The translations under genes and the position numbers were made by a program. Positions 18,543-27,542 of a stretch of DNA of 64,000 bases are shown piece by piece. Position 1 is the first letter of the stretch. Every line of letters begins with the position of its first letter. The notes beneath the pieces were generated by a model. It saw only the letters and a list, made by a program, of their open reading frames with translations. It was not told the origin of the DNA and did no database searches. The stretch is from Methanothrix sp. (GTDB lineage Archaea > Halobacteriota > Methanosarcinia > Methanotrichales > Methanotrichaceae): NCBI GenBank assembly GCA_037128175.1, contig JBAXWY010000003.1:32001-96000 (forward strand), in the 5' to 3' direction.

Positions 18543-19580
18543 ATGCGCGTCCTGAAGAAGAATCTGCGAGGCGACGAAGGGGAGATTGCCCTGCTCCCTG
18601 AATCGCTGGATGATTTATGGCATCTACAGCACTTGATTTCGAGGGGCGATCTGGTCTTTGCCCTCACGCACCGCAAGGTTCCAGCCATTGCCGACAAGGC
18701 GCGCCCGGAGAAGATGGAGAGAAAGACGGTGCGCCTGGGAGTCAAGGTGGAAGATGTCGAGTTTCATATGTATTCCAACTGGCTGCGCCTGCACGGCATT
18801 ATCAAGTCGGGCATGGATGTGGGGGCATACCATACTCTGAATATCGAGGTGGGAACGGATCTGTCCATCCTCAAGTACCACTGGAGGCCGGACCTTCTGG
18901 CACGCATTGATGAGGCGGTAGCCGAGTCGCAAAGACCGCGAGTGATCATTGCGCTGGTGGAGGAGGGCGAGGCCACCATCGGTGTTTTGCGCCAGTTTGG
19001 GGTGCAGATGGCGGCAGAGATACGACAGGGCAGCGGAAAAGGCAGTGGTGAAGACACGCGCGCCGGCTTTATGCGAGATGTGGCAGCAGCAATTGATACG
19101 ACGGCAAAGGATGGCGCAGAGGTAATCCTGGCGGGACCAGGGTTTACCAAAGAGGATTTAAAGAAGGTTATCGACTCCAGCCTTCCCGATTTGGCCAAGA
19201 GAATTGCCATGGATGATACCTCGTCCATCGGGCGATCCGGATTTCAGGAGGTCCTACGTCGCGGTGCGGTAAAGAGCGTTCTTGAATCCAGCCGCATAGC
19301 CAGGGAAGCAAAGCTTATTGAAGACCTCTTCCGGGAGATCGCCACGAACGGCAAAGCCGCCTACGGCATAAAAGAGGTGGAAACCGCCAAGAACTACGGC
19401 GCGATTGAAAAGCTGCTGGTATTAGATGAGCTGGCCCGCCGGGGAAGGGTGGATGAGATTATGCGCGAAGTGGCCGATGCCCGGGGAAAGGTAGTGATCT
19501 TCAGCTCGGAGTTTGAACCGGGAGATCGGCTGCGCTCTTTGGGCGGCGTGGCGGCACTGCTTCGATTCAAGATCGCCTGA
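18543..19580 (+). CDS. pelA: mRNA surveillance/ribosome rescue protein Pelota
   Basis: PESLDDLWHL, LRLHG.I, G.YHTLNI, ILAGPGF.K, AAYG, LGGVAALLRF. Confidence 0.96.
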   Translation: MRVLKKNLRGDEGEIALLPESLDDLWHLQHLISRGDLVFALTHRKVPAIADKARPEKMERKTVRLGVKVEDVEFHMYSNWLRLHGIIKSGMDVGAYHTLNIEVGTDLSILKYHWRPDLLARIDEAVAESQRPRVIIALVEEGEATIGVLRQFGVQMAAEIRQGSGKGSGEDTRAGFMRDVAAAIDTTAKDGAEVILAGPGFTKEDLKKVIDSSLPDLAKRIAMDDTSSIGRSGFQEVLRRGAVKSVLESSRIAREAKLIEDLFREIATNGKAAYGIKEVETAKNYGAIEKLLVLDELARRGRVDEIMREVADARGKVVIFSSEFEPGDRLRSLGGVAALLRFKIA

Positions 19581-19585
19581 AAGGT

Positions 19586-20386
19586 GTGAAACCGAAAATG
19601 ACCAAGTGCGACAAATGCCAACGCGGTGCCATTATCTATCAGAGGTACTCGGGCAAGCATCTATGCAGGGAGCATTTTGAAGAGGACGTGCACCGCAAGA
19701 TAAAGGAAGGTCTGCGCAAAACCGGTCTCTTCGGCCCCGGCTCGCGCATAGCCGTGGGCCTGGATGGGGGGAGAAAGAGCGCTACGTTAGCATTTGTTCT
19801 CAAGAATCTCTTTATTCACCGAAGGGATATCGATCTATTGGCAGTCATCATCGATGAAGGAAAAAAATCAGGCCCAACCGCAGACCAGGCCCGCCATGTG
19901 GCAGAGAAATTTGGTCTCCCCTACATTGTAAAGAGCCTGCCGCTTCTGTCTGATCATGAACAGACCCACATCGTCCACTCTGCCCGGAAGAGGGAGCTTT
20001 TTTTTGGCACGGCAAAGGAGAATGGAGCCGGCATTCTCGCCACCGGCGAGACCCTGGATGATGAGGCCCTGGAGATCTTCATAAGCTATCTGCAGGGCGA
20101 TGTAGATGCAGTCGTACGGGAAGGCTCAGAGCAAGAAGAGCAGAGTGTCGCCTGGATAAAGCCGCTGCGGCGTATTCCCGAAAAAGAGGTGCGGCTTTAT
20201 GCCATCGGACGCGATCTGGGGTTTGAGAATGCCGCTGATTTGTCCAATACCGATACCTTGCGAGCGACTGGAAAGCGGCTGCTTTGCGGCTTTGACCGGC
20301 GCCATCCCGGCACGAATTATTCCTTGCTTCGCGGCCAGGAAAAATGTCCTGCACATGAAAGGGCCCGGCAAGGGCAAAGCCTTTAA
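19586..20386 (+). CDS. TtuA/NcsA (tRNA 2-thiolation) family-like protein with degenerate active site
   Basis: N-terminal CDKC...YSG.HLC..HF zinc finger, IDEG, ATG..LDDEA, IKPLR.IPEKEVRLYA; PP-loop reads LDGGRKS. Confidence 0.8.
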   Translation: MKPKMTKCDKCQRGAIIYQRYSGKHLCREHFEEDVHRKIKEGLRKTGLFGPGSRIAVGLDGGRKSATLAFVLKNLFIHRRDIDLLAVIIDEGKKSGPTADQARHVAEKFGLPYIVKSLPLLSDHEQTHIVHSARKRELFFGTAKENGAGILATGETLDDEALEIFISYLQGDVDAVVREGSEQEEQSVAWIKPLRRIPEKEVRLYAIGRDLGFENAADLSNTDTLRATGKRLLCGFDRRHPGTNYSLLRGQEKCPAHERARQGQSL

Positions 20387-20415
20387 GTAAAGATGGAAAA
20401 TACGTCGAGCCTAGC

Positions 20416-20490
20416 GCCTCGGTAGCTCAGCTGGTCCAGAGCGATTGACTTGTAATCAATAGGTCGCGTGTTCGAATCACGCTCGGGGCT
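20416..20490 (+). tRNA. tRNA-Thr(TGT)
   Basis: GCCTCGGTAGCTCAG...ATTGA-CT-TGT-AA-TCAAT...GTTCGAATC...TCGGGGCT; TTTAAGTA box upstream, T-run downstream. Confidence 0.95.
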
Positions 20491-20832
20491 TTTTCCTTAC
20501 CATATATTTTTCGAAATTATGTAAAAAAAGTCATAATCTTTGGTTGTTTTATTACAGAGATCCACGCAATGGACAATAGAGATAAAGACCTGAATTTTTC
20601 GTTCAGGCCTTCTTTACCTTCTTCATATCCAGCCTGGTTTTGCACCTGGGACAGGCCTTAGGTTTATTTACTCTCGTCTCCCATCCATAATGACATTTGG
20701 GGCATCTCATCTGTTTCATATTAATACAGTTGTAATAAGAGTATTAATAACTTTCGATTGTATATGATTACCCTTACTACTCTGGTAAGCGCAAAGCCTA
20801 TAATTGAATGGACGTGGTAAATACAGAATTTC

Positions 20833-21312
20833 ATGAACGAGATTTTGGAGATTCTTTCTGAAAACGCCAAGGCAACCTCTTCCGAGATCGCGGCCCTTCT
20901 GGGCAGACCCGAGGCGGATGTAGCCAAAGAGATCCGGGAGCTGGAAGACGCTGGCGTTATAAGAAAGTACATCACTCTGATCAACTGGGAGAAGCTCGAC
21001 CTGAGCTATGTCTTCGCCGTTTTGGAGCTGAAGGTAGCGCTGCAGCGAAAGACGGGCTACGACGCCGTGGCGGAGAGAATCGCCAACTTCTCGGAGGTAG
21101 AGTCGGTGCGCCTCATCTCGGGAGATCACGACCTATCCGTCACCGTGCGAGGCAAGTCCATGAAAGACATCGCCTACTTCGTGGCGGAGAAGATCGCGCC
21201 CCTGGAAGGCGTTCAATCGACTTGCACCCACTTCATCCTTAGGAGCTACAAAGAGCACGGCGTCATTCTAACCGAAAAGCAGAGGCCCCAGAGATTGGTG
21301 ATTACTCCATGA
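20833..21312 (+). CDS. Lrp/AsnC family transcriptional regulator
   Basis: N-terminal HTH, LEDAGVIRKY, RLISGDHDL, GVQSTCTHFIL. Confidence 0.92.
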   Translation: MNEILEILSENAKATSSEIAALLGRPEADVAKEIRELEDAGVIRKYITLINWEKLDLSYVFAVLELKVALQRKTGYDAVAERIANFSEVESVRLISGDHDLSVTVRGKSMKDIAYFVAEKIAPLEGVQSTCTHFILRSYKEHGVILTEKQRPQRLVITP

Positions 21313-22508
21313 AGCAGAGCCAAAAAAACGTATCCATAGCCGCCTGGAATGCCGAGCAGCATTTAAATCAGGTTGTCAAAGACATGCCCCCCTCGGGCAT
21401 TAGAAAATTCTTCGATCTGGTGAGCGAGATGAAGGGGGCGATCTCTTTAGGTGTGGGAGAGCCGGACTTTGTCACGCCCTGGCATGTGCGCGAGGCCTGC
21501 ATCTATTCACTGGAGTCGGGAATCACCCACTACACCTCCAATAAAGGCATGCCCGAGCTTAGGGAGGTTATCAGCGAAACAGTACGCACTGAGCAGGGTC
21601 TTGATTACGATCCAATCGAGCAGATACTGATCACCACTGGTGTCAGCGAAGCGGTTGACCTGGCCTTTCGCGCTACCCTAAACCCTGGCGACGAGGTCAT
21701 TGTGCCAGAACCCTGCTATGTGGCCTACACCCCAGACATCCTTCTGGCCGGAGGAGTGGCGCGGACGGTTCCCACCCGCCTGGAGGATGAGTTCCGGCTG
21801 CAACCGGAGGATGTTGCTGCGGCCGTGAACGACAAGACCCGCGCCCTGCTGCTCAGCTACCCCAACAATCCCACGGGGGCGATTATGACCCGCTCCGACC
21901 TGGAAGATCTGGCCGACGTTGTTGTCGAGAACGATCTTCTCGTCATATCCGATGAGGTTTATGCCAAGCTCACCTATTCGGGCAGCCATGTCAGCTTCGC
22001 CCAGCTGGAGGGCATGCAGGAGAGGACGGTCATCCTGAACGGTCTATCCAAGTCGCATGCCATGACCGGCTGGCGCGTAGGCTACGTGCTGGGCGATGCG
22101 GCACTGGTGGGGGCCATGACCAAGGTGCATCAGTACACTATGCTCAGCGCGCCTACCATGGCCCAGGTGGCGGCTTTAGAAGCCATGCAGAAGGGCGAGG
22201 TGGAAATGCTGCAAATGAAGCACGAGTATGACCTGCGCCGGCGCATGTTCGTCTCCGGCCTAAACCGCATCGGTCTGGACTGCTTCGAGCCCAGAGGTGC
22301 CTTTTACGCCTTCCCCTCCGTGAAAGCCTGGGGGCTTTCCTCAGAGGAATTCGCGGAGCGGCTCCTCAAAGAGCAGAAGGTGGCGGTGGTGCCGGGCAGC
22401 GTCTTCGGGCCGAGCGGTGAAGGATTCCTGCGCTGCAGCTATGCCACATCCCGGGGGGAGCTGATTGAGGCGCTGGACAGGATAGAGATATTCCTCTCCA
22501 GCCTTTAA
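21309..22508 (+). CDS. PLP-dependent class I/II aminotransferase
   Basis: SLGVGEPDF, YPNNPTG, SDEVY, GLSKSHAMTGWRVG. Confidence 0.95.
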   Translation: MKQSQKNVSIAAWNAEQHLNQVVKDMPPSGIRKFFDLVSEMKGAISLGVGEPDFVTPWHVREACIYSLESGITHYTSNKGMPELREVISETVRTEQGLDYDPIEQILITTGVSEAVDLAFRATLNPGDEVIVPEPCYVAYTPDILLAGGVARTVPTRLEDEFRLQPEDVAAAVNDKTRALLLSYPNNPTGAIMTRSDLEDLADVVVENDLLVISDEVYAKLTYSGSHVSFAQLEGMQERTVILNGLSKSHAMTGWRVGYVLGDAALVGAMTKVHQYTMLSAPTMAQVAALEAMQKGEVEMLQMKHEYDLRRRMFVSGLNRIGLDCFEPRGAFYAFPSVKAWGLSSEEFAERLLKEQKVAVVPGSVFGPSGEGFLRCSYATSRGELIEALDRIEIFLSSL

Positions 22509-22532
22509 AATTTGATTTCGAGACGATGAAAA

Positions 22533-23141
22533 ATGCTTAAAGCAAAATTCAACTCGGAGCAGACGGACCGGTTAGCAGGCGGGCTGGCCGCTTTGGGCCT
22601 CTCCCCCAATGCCTGGACGATGCTCTCCCTGGTCCCGGCGCTGGGGGGAATGGCGGCCCTGATGGACGGACGGCTGGCCTGGGGGCTGGTGCTCTTCGCC
22701 CTGTCCGCCTTTCTCGACATCGTGGACGGGACGGTGGCCCGCGTAACAAATCAGGCCACGGCCACGGGAGCTTTTCTGGACGGGGTGGTGGACCGGTATG
22801 TGGAGCTCTTGCTCTACCTGGGGCTGCTCTTCTACTTAGGAAGAGGCGAGTTTCTCGGCCTGCCTTATGAGGCCTGGTTTATGCTGCTCTTCTTCGGTTC
22901 GCTCATGACTACCTTCGTGCGGGCCTATGCCGATCACCGGGGCATTGTAAAGGGCGAGGCGGAGCTGAAGAAGATGGGAGGTCTCCTGGAGCGATTTGAG
23001 AGGCTTATGCTGCTTTATGCGGGAATGTTCCTGGGGCTTTTCCATACAGAGTGGCTGGTAGTAGTAATAGTAATAACAGTGGTGCTGGCCAATGCCACGG
23101 CGCTGCAGAGGATAGCGTTTGCCTTCAGGCATGAAAATTGA
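22533..23141 (+). CDS. CDP-alcohol phosphatidyltransferase
   Basis: SPNAWT, DIVDGTVAR...GAFLDGVVDR signature; multiple TM segments. Confidence 0.92.
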   Translation: MLKAKFNSEQTDRLAGGLAALGLSPNAWTMLSLVPALGGMAALMDGRLAWGLVLFALSAFLDIVDGTVARVTNQATATGAFLDGVVDRYVELLLYLGLLFYLGRGEFLGLPYEAWFMLLFFGSLMTTFVRAYADHRGIVKGEAELKKMGGLLERFERLMLLYAGMFLGLFHTEWLVVVIVITVVLANATALQRIAFAFRHEN

Positions 23142-23329
23142 CGCAAATGATATACATGCGGGATAGTTTTGAGCATAAAAACAGGGGGCTGAATATACCC
23201 TATGACATTGAAGAGCCCGAGGACATCACTGAATCTCTCATGAGGCTCTCAGAGCTATCACTACACGATTTCTTGGCGACCGAGCCGGATATCTATACTT
23301 TCAGCGATTTGAAAGTCAGATATCGATGA
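23138..23329 (+). CDS. Small acidic antitoxin-like protein (partner toxin apparently lost)
   Basis: LMRLSELSL..FL..EPDIYT..DLKVRY; overlapping ATG begins MKGD then the frame degenerates. Confidence 0.5.
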   Translation: MTQMIYMRDSFEHKNRGLNIPYDIEEPEDITESLMRLSELSLHDFLATEPDIYTFSDLKVRYR

Positions 23330-23342
23330 AAGGAGACTGGTA

Positions 23343-23486
23343 TCAGTCAAGGACCTTGTACTTCTTTCGGGCAAGCCTATCTGCCTCTTCTTCGATCTCC
23401 GCTTCCAGCCGGTCAAGGTCTACATTCTTAGCCTTCTCGATGATATCCTAGATCATGGCGTGCGTATCGACTTTTGCAGAGGGCAT
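23343..23486 (-). pseudogene. Small antitoxin-like ORF with internal TAG
   Basis: MPSAKVDTHAMI*DIIEKAKNVDLDRLEAEIEEEADRLARKKYKVLD*. Confidence 0.45.
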
Positions 23487-23520
23487 GATATCACTCTTGC
23501 ATCCCATATTTGGGAAATGA

Positions 23521-23958
23521 TCATATTAAGACTTTTACACTCCCACATAAAATTGATTCTTTTTCCGATTGAAGTTGTTCTTCGGTTGATGAAGGATATG
23601 ACATTGAAACATTCTGCATAATCTCGACATCAGAGTTTATGTGCTTCGAAGCATAAAGATCAGATATAGCGTCATCCAGCTCGATAAGCTTTTTTGCGAT
23701 GGGATTTTTTTTATTTAGCTTGTACATCCTGGCCCGGCCCACTTCTCGCGTCTGGACAACCAGTTCTAAAGCCTCCAGACCGGGCCAGACGTTGAAAAGT
23801 GTGCCGCGGGAGAGATCAGATCCTTTGGCAATTTCCGTCTTGGAGTAATCGGATCCGACATTATCCATGAGAAAGTCTAATATCTTAAGCACAGGACTCT
23901 TCTTGCCGAAGGCCTGGAGGAAGAGAGATTCACCCAAAGGATCACCCAAAGATATCAC
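23521..23958 (-). CDS. Archaeal winged-helix regulator
   Basis: SPVLKILDFL...DYSKTEIAKGSDLSRGTL...TREVGRARMYKLN; start trimmed to GTG at 23958. Confidence 0.75.
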   Translation of the reverse strand: MISLGDPLGESLFLQAFGKKSPVLKILDFLMDNVGSDYSKTEIAKGSDLSRGTLFNVWPGLEALELVVQTREVGRARMYKLNKKNPIAKKLIELDDAISDLYASKHINSDVEIMQNVSMSYPSSTEEQLQSEKESILCGSVKVLI

Positions 23959-24012
23959 CGTATAATGGAATGGATGGATTGGTTGAAAAGATTGCCATCG
24001 AAGTTTAAAATT

Positions 24013-24350
24013 ATGAACTCCAATAAAATTAACTGGATAAAAGCAAAAATACTGCATAAATTGCACAGACACGGCTACTGGGGTGGAAGGCATACCAGCC
24101 TCGATAATCTTCCCAAGGGATTTGAGAAAAGCCTTCGCGGAGAGGTCAAAGAAGCGGCCGAGGCCCATCCAGGCGAGGACTACTACCGACGCGCCGTAGC
24201 TGTGGGCGATGCCAAGTCCTGGAAGATCCAGTTGGACAAGAGCCGCAAGGGCCAGGGAAGCTTCGAGATGCAAAATCCCAGCTTCCAGATCGATGTTTAC
24301 CTGCGGGACACGCCGCCCAAGTGGGCCTATTCTCACCTCGGGCCGGATCT
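24013..24350 (+). pseudogene. Chimeric ORF: small archaeal protein N-terminus joined to an unrelated GC-rich fragment
   Basis: AT-rich IKAKILHKL..HGYWGGRHT..DNLPKG switches to GC-rich sequence near 24150. Confidence 0.45.
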
Positions 24351-24361
24351 GGCGGCTTTGC

Positions 24362-24586
24362 TACGAGCACGATTACGAGGGCTTTTTGGCGGTGCTCAAA
24401 AGGAACAGCAAGAAGCTGCAAGTCGATCCGGCCAGACGGGAGCCTGCACAGGCGCTGCGGGCCGAGTTCGAGGGGTCGATGGGCAAACTCGCGCCCTTGA
24501 GGGAGCGGATCAGGCAGACGGACGAGCTGATCGATGCGACGGTGTACAGGCTGTACGGACTGACGGAAGAGGAGATCGGGATTGTG
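24362..24586 (+). repeat. 225-bp direct repeat copy 1: 3' end of a type IIG-like R-M gene
   Basis: 10 mismatches versus 25912-26136 by manual alignment; encodes ...IDATVYRLYGLTEEEIGIV. Confidence 0.9.
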
Positions 24587-24666
24587 CGGGGAGAAACTCG
24601 TTAGATCCGGATGGATAAAAACAAATAAGTACTGAGAATGGAAAATAAGATTTGGAGTTCACCTGT

Positions 24667-24813
24667 ATGGCCAGACCTATTGAGCTCGGATTGATCCTGG
24701 AAGGAGAAGACGCCGAGGAGTTTATAGAAGATCTGCTTCATCCCAAAGTCAGTGAAAAGAAAGTGTGCATACTTAAGAAAGCTCAGGAAATCTACAAGGC
24801 GCATCCGGTTTGA
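24667..24813 (+). CDS. 48-aa putative antitoxin upstream of GNAT gene
   Basis: Below ORF-track cutoff: MARPIELGLILEGEDAEEFIEDLLHPKVSEKKVCILKKAQEIYKAHPV; GGAG RBS; stop overlaps GNAT start. Confidence 0.7.
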   Translation: MARPIELGLILEGEDAEEFIEDLLHPKVSEKKVCILKKAQEIYKAHPV

Positions 24814-25565
24814 ATCAGATGGAGGGCATCTCTCACACACAGCTTCGTATTGCGAGCTTGAGAGAGGAGAATGATTTAGCATATTTCAGCTCAAAAAGTG
24901 ATGAGCTAAACGATTTCCTGAAAAGCGATGCACTAAAGGCTCAAAATGATCTGATAAGCAGGACTTATTTGTGCTTTTGGAAAGGAACTCTCGTAGGGTT
25001 CGTTACGTTGACCACCGATACAATTGGATACAATTTAGTAGAGCAGTGCGATGGAATTGATGGATACGCTTATCAAAAATATCCTGCAATAAAGATAGCA
25101 CGACTTGCGGTTGATGACAGATACAAACGACGTGGCATCGGGGAGAATCTACTACTTTGGGCGGTGGGCAAAGCCTACGAGATTTCAAACCAAATAGGCT
25201 GCCGATACATAACCGTGGATGCAAAACGTGAATCGATAAATTTTTATACAAAATATGAATTTAAAATAATAAAGAAGCTTAAGGATCGAGATTTTCCACC
25301 CATGTATTTTAATCTGTACTCTGCAGATAAAAAAGACAAGCAAAACGAGCAGATAGCAAACGAAGAAAACATAAGTGAAGACGAAAGACTAAAGGTCATG
25401 GGAATTGAAGCCCTAAACAATGCCTTAGGTCTGCAAAATGCTCTGCGTTTCTTGGCTATCTTTCAGAACCATCCGACTTGTTACGCCGAAATCTCAAGAA
25501 TGCTTTATGAAGGACAAAGCATCGAAGATATTTTCAAGCGGGGCAAAGAACACTGGCGAGAATGA
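24810..25565 (+). CDS. GNAT acetyltransferase (AtaT/TacT-like toxin) with extra C-terminal domain
   Basis: LNDFLK..A, YPAIKIARLAVD.RY.RRGIG, ITVDAK..SINFY.KY.F. Confidence 0.85.
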   Translation: MNQMEGISHTQLRIASLREENDLAYFSSKSDELNDFLKSDALKAQNDLISRTYLCFWKGTLVGFVTLTTDTIGYNLVEQCDGIDGYAYQKYPAIKIARLAVDDRYKRRGIGENLLLWAVGKAYEISNQIGCRYITVDAKRESINFYTKYEFKIIKKLKDRDFPPMYFNLYSADKKDKQNEQIANEENISEDERLKVMGIEALNNALGLQNALRFLAIFQNHPTCYAEISRMLYEGQSIEDIFKRGKEHWRE

Positions 25566-25610
25566 ATTCGAAAATCTAACCGTTCCTAAAACCATGGAAT
25601 TTACTTGGAT

Positions 25611-26151
25611 GGTCGATTCCGCCACCCCTGAGCCCGCCCGGGAGTGGAGATGCAACAGCTCTACGCCGAGGAAAAATTCACGGGAATCTTGCCCCCCTGG
25701 CAAAAGCCTGCCCAAAGACGAGGCTGGCAACTTCATCGCCGAACAGGAGCGTTCGGACCTGGTGCACGACCTGCTGGCCTTCCTGGCGGAAAGAATGCTG
25801 GAGATGAACAAAGAGAAGCAAACGGAGATCAAAGGCTTCCTGGGCTGGCTGGAGAGCTACCTGGGTGCAAAGGTGGAGGACCTCACGCCCAAGACAAAGC
25901 TGCAGAGCTATTACGAGCACGATTACGAGGGCTTTTTGGCGGTGCTCAAAAGGAACAGCAAGAAGCTGGCTGTCGATCCGGCCAGACGGGAGCCCTCGCA
26001 GGCGCTGCGGGCCGAGTTCGAGGGGTCGATGGGCAAACTCGCGCCCTTGCGGGAACGGATCAGGAAGACGGACGAGCTGATCGATGCGACGGTGTACAGG
26101 CTGTACGAACTGACGGAAGAGGAGATCGGGATTGTGGAAGGGAAGGCTTGA
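25611..26151 (+). pseudogene. C-terminal remnant of a type IIG (Eco57I-like) R-M enzyme; contains repeat copy 2 (25912-26136)
   Basis: LAERMLEMNKEKQ coiled coil and TDELIDATVYRLYELTEEEIGIVEG tail typical of IIG enzymes; frameshifted 5' part; no methyltransferase motifs. Confidence 0.75.
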
Positions 26152-26321
26152 TATGTGGACGATGCTGTTCGGTAATTTGTTGATTCAATATTTTAATGAT
26201 ACAGTCGATTGCGATACAGATATATACTCGTGTGGATTAATTAATACGACATTAGAGACATTATCGAAAAATAAAAATCTAAAAAATGTATGGTCGGAAT
26301 TACTTTGAGAGGGGACTAAAC

Positions 26322-27023
26322 ATGAGCGTGTTGTCCGATGTCAGGCTATTAGAAAAGATATACGATAGAGAACTCAAAATAGAGCCATTCGTCTTCGACA
26401 ATATCCAGCCCTCTTCCATCGATTTGACCCTGGATAATCGAATACGAACTCCTAAGAGCGGCATCAAGTTAAATGCATTTAATGCCGATATCAAGGAGTG
26501 CTTTGAAGAGAGGATTCTTGATGAGTACACACTCAAACCGGGAGATTTCATCATCGGCCAGGTTAAGGAAAACATCGGCCTTTCCAAAAGGATGACCGGG
26601 CTCATTCAAAATAGAAACAGCCTGATTCGTCTGGGAATAAACGTAGGACTATCATCTTACATAAATCCTGGCTACTTTGGTCAATTGCCCATCGTTATCC
26701 ACAATTTGGGAAGTTTTTCCGTGGATCTAGTTCCTGGGATGAGGATCTGTCAGCTAGTCATATTTGATGTTGAACCAGATCCCGAAAGAGATTACAGTCA
26801 AAGAAAAGACGCCAAATATCTGGGAGAAAGCGACGTCGGGTTGTCCAAATTGTACATGGATGTGGAAGTTGGCGAATATTTAAAAGAGTACAATAAAAAG
26901 AGCACCAAAGAGATCGATAAAAAGGAACTTATTGATTTCTTGGAACAAAGGATAAAAGCGAAGGCAATCGATGCACTGAAAGATCTGACGAACGAAGAAA
27001 AACAGAAGATTGGTCTGCTATAA
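26322..27023 (+). CDS. dCTP deaminase/trimeric dUTPase-fold protein with altered catalytic residues and C-terminal extension
   Basis: IQPSSIDLTL, RNSLIRLG, INPGYFGQL, PGMRICQLV, KY motifs. Confidence 0.85.
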   Translation: MSVLSDVRLLEKIYDRELKIEPFVFDNIQPSSIDLTLDNRIRTPKSGIKLNAFNADIKECFEERILDEYTLKPGDFIIGQVKENIGLSKRMTGLIQNRNSLIRLGINVGLSSYINPGYFGQLPIVIHNLGSFSVDLVPGMRICQLVIFDVEPDPERDYSQRKDAKYLGESDVGLSKLYMDVEVGEYLKEYNKKSTKEIDKKELIDFLEQRIKAKAIDALKDLTNEEKQKIGLL

Positions 27024-27024
27024 A

Positions 27025-27468
27025 ATGGAAAAGAATTTCAAAGACTTAATTCAAGAGATCAGGCCTTATATCGTCAAGGGCATTCAAGATGCGAAAGTCA
27101 GTGAGTACGAGCAGAGCTATAAGAAGCGAAATGGTAAGGAGCCATCCGCAGAAGAGATTAACCAGTTTATTTCTATTCTAATCGCGAATGGAACAGTAAA
27201 GGGCGACGCAGATGAGATTGTAAATGAATTAATTGAAAAATATAGTAAAAAATTGTTAGTCAAATTAATAATAAATTCGTCTATTTCATTGGGTTCGGCG
27301 GGGTTGTTCCTGGTTTATATTTTAATATATTTAAGAGATGTTTTAGGATTGAATATTGTAAAAGAGGATTACCTCATAAGCGCGCCAAATTTTATCCTAG
27401 CCATAATATTATTTTTTATTGCCATCGCCCTGTTTGTCATCTCGGTTTCAAAAAAGGACAAAGACTGA
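27025..27468 (+). CDS. Hypothetical protein with two C-terminal transmembrane helices
   Basis: Starts 1 nt after the upstream stop; soluble helical N-terminus; hydrophobic ISLGSAGLFLVYILIYL and FILAIILFFIAIALFVISV. Confidence 0.8.
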   Translation: MEKNFKDLIQEIRPYIVKGIQDAKVSEYEQSYKKRNGKEPSAEEINQFISILIANGTVKGDADEIVNELIEKYSKKLLVKLIINSSISLGSAGLFLVYILIYLRDVLGLNIVKEDYLISAPNFILAIILFFIAIALFVISVSKKDKD

Positions 27469-27480
27469 CAATCATCTGTC

Positions 27481-27540
27481 CGCATCTCTGCCGTCACCCC
27501 CGCGCCCGAGCGCGCCCGCCCCGGTCCTGCCAGCAGCACT
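27481..27540 (+). repeat. Possible third, highly degenerate R-M C-terminal remnant
   Basis: GC-rich patch reading RISAVT(P)APERAR..QQ with one frameshift, similar to 25611-25665 (VDSATPEPAR..QQLY). Confidence 0.4.
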
Positions 27541-27542
27541 CA

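Noticed and set aside
23959-24336. N-terminal extension of the 271-aa minus ORF
   Set aside because: Overlaps the divergent plus-strand ORF; wHTH similarity starts only near 23950
25438-26151. 237-aa ORF as an intact gene
   Set aside because: 5' part overlaps the GNAT gene in another frame; only the 3' part is R-M-like, so treated as a remnant
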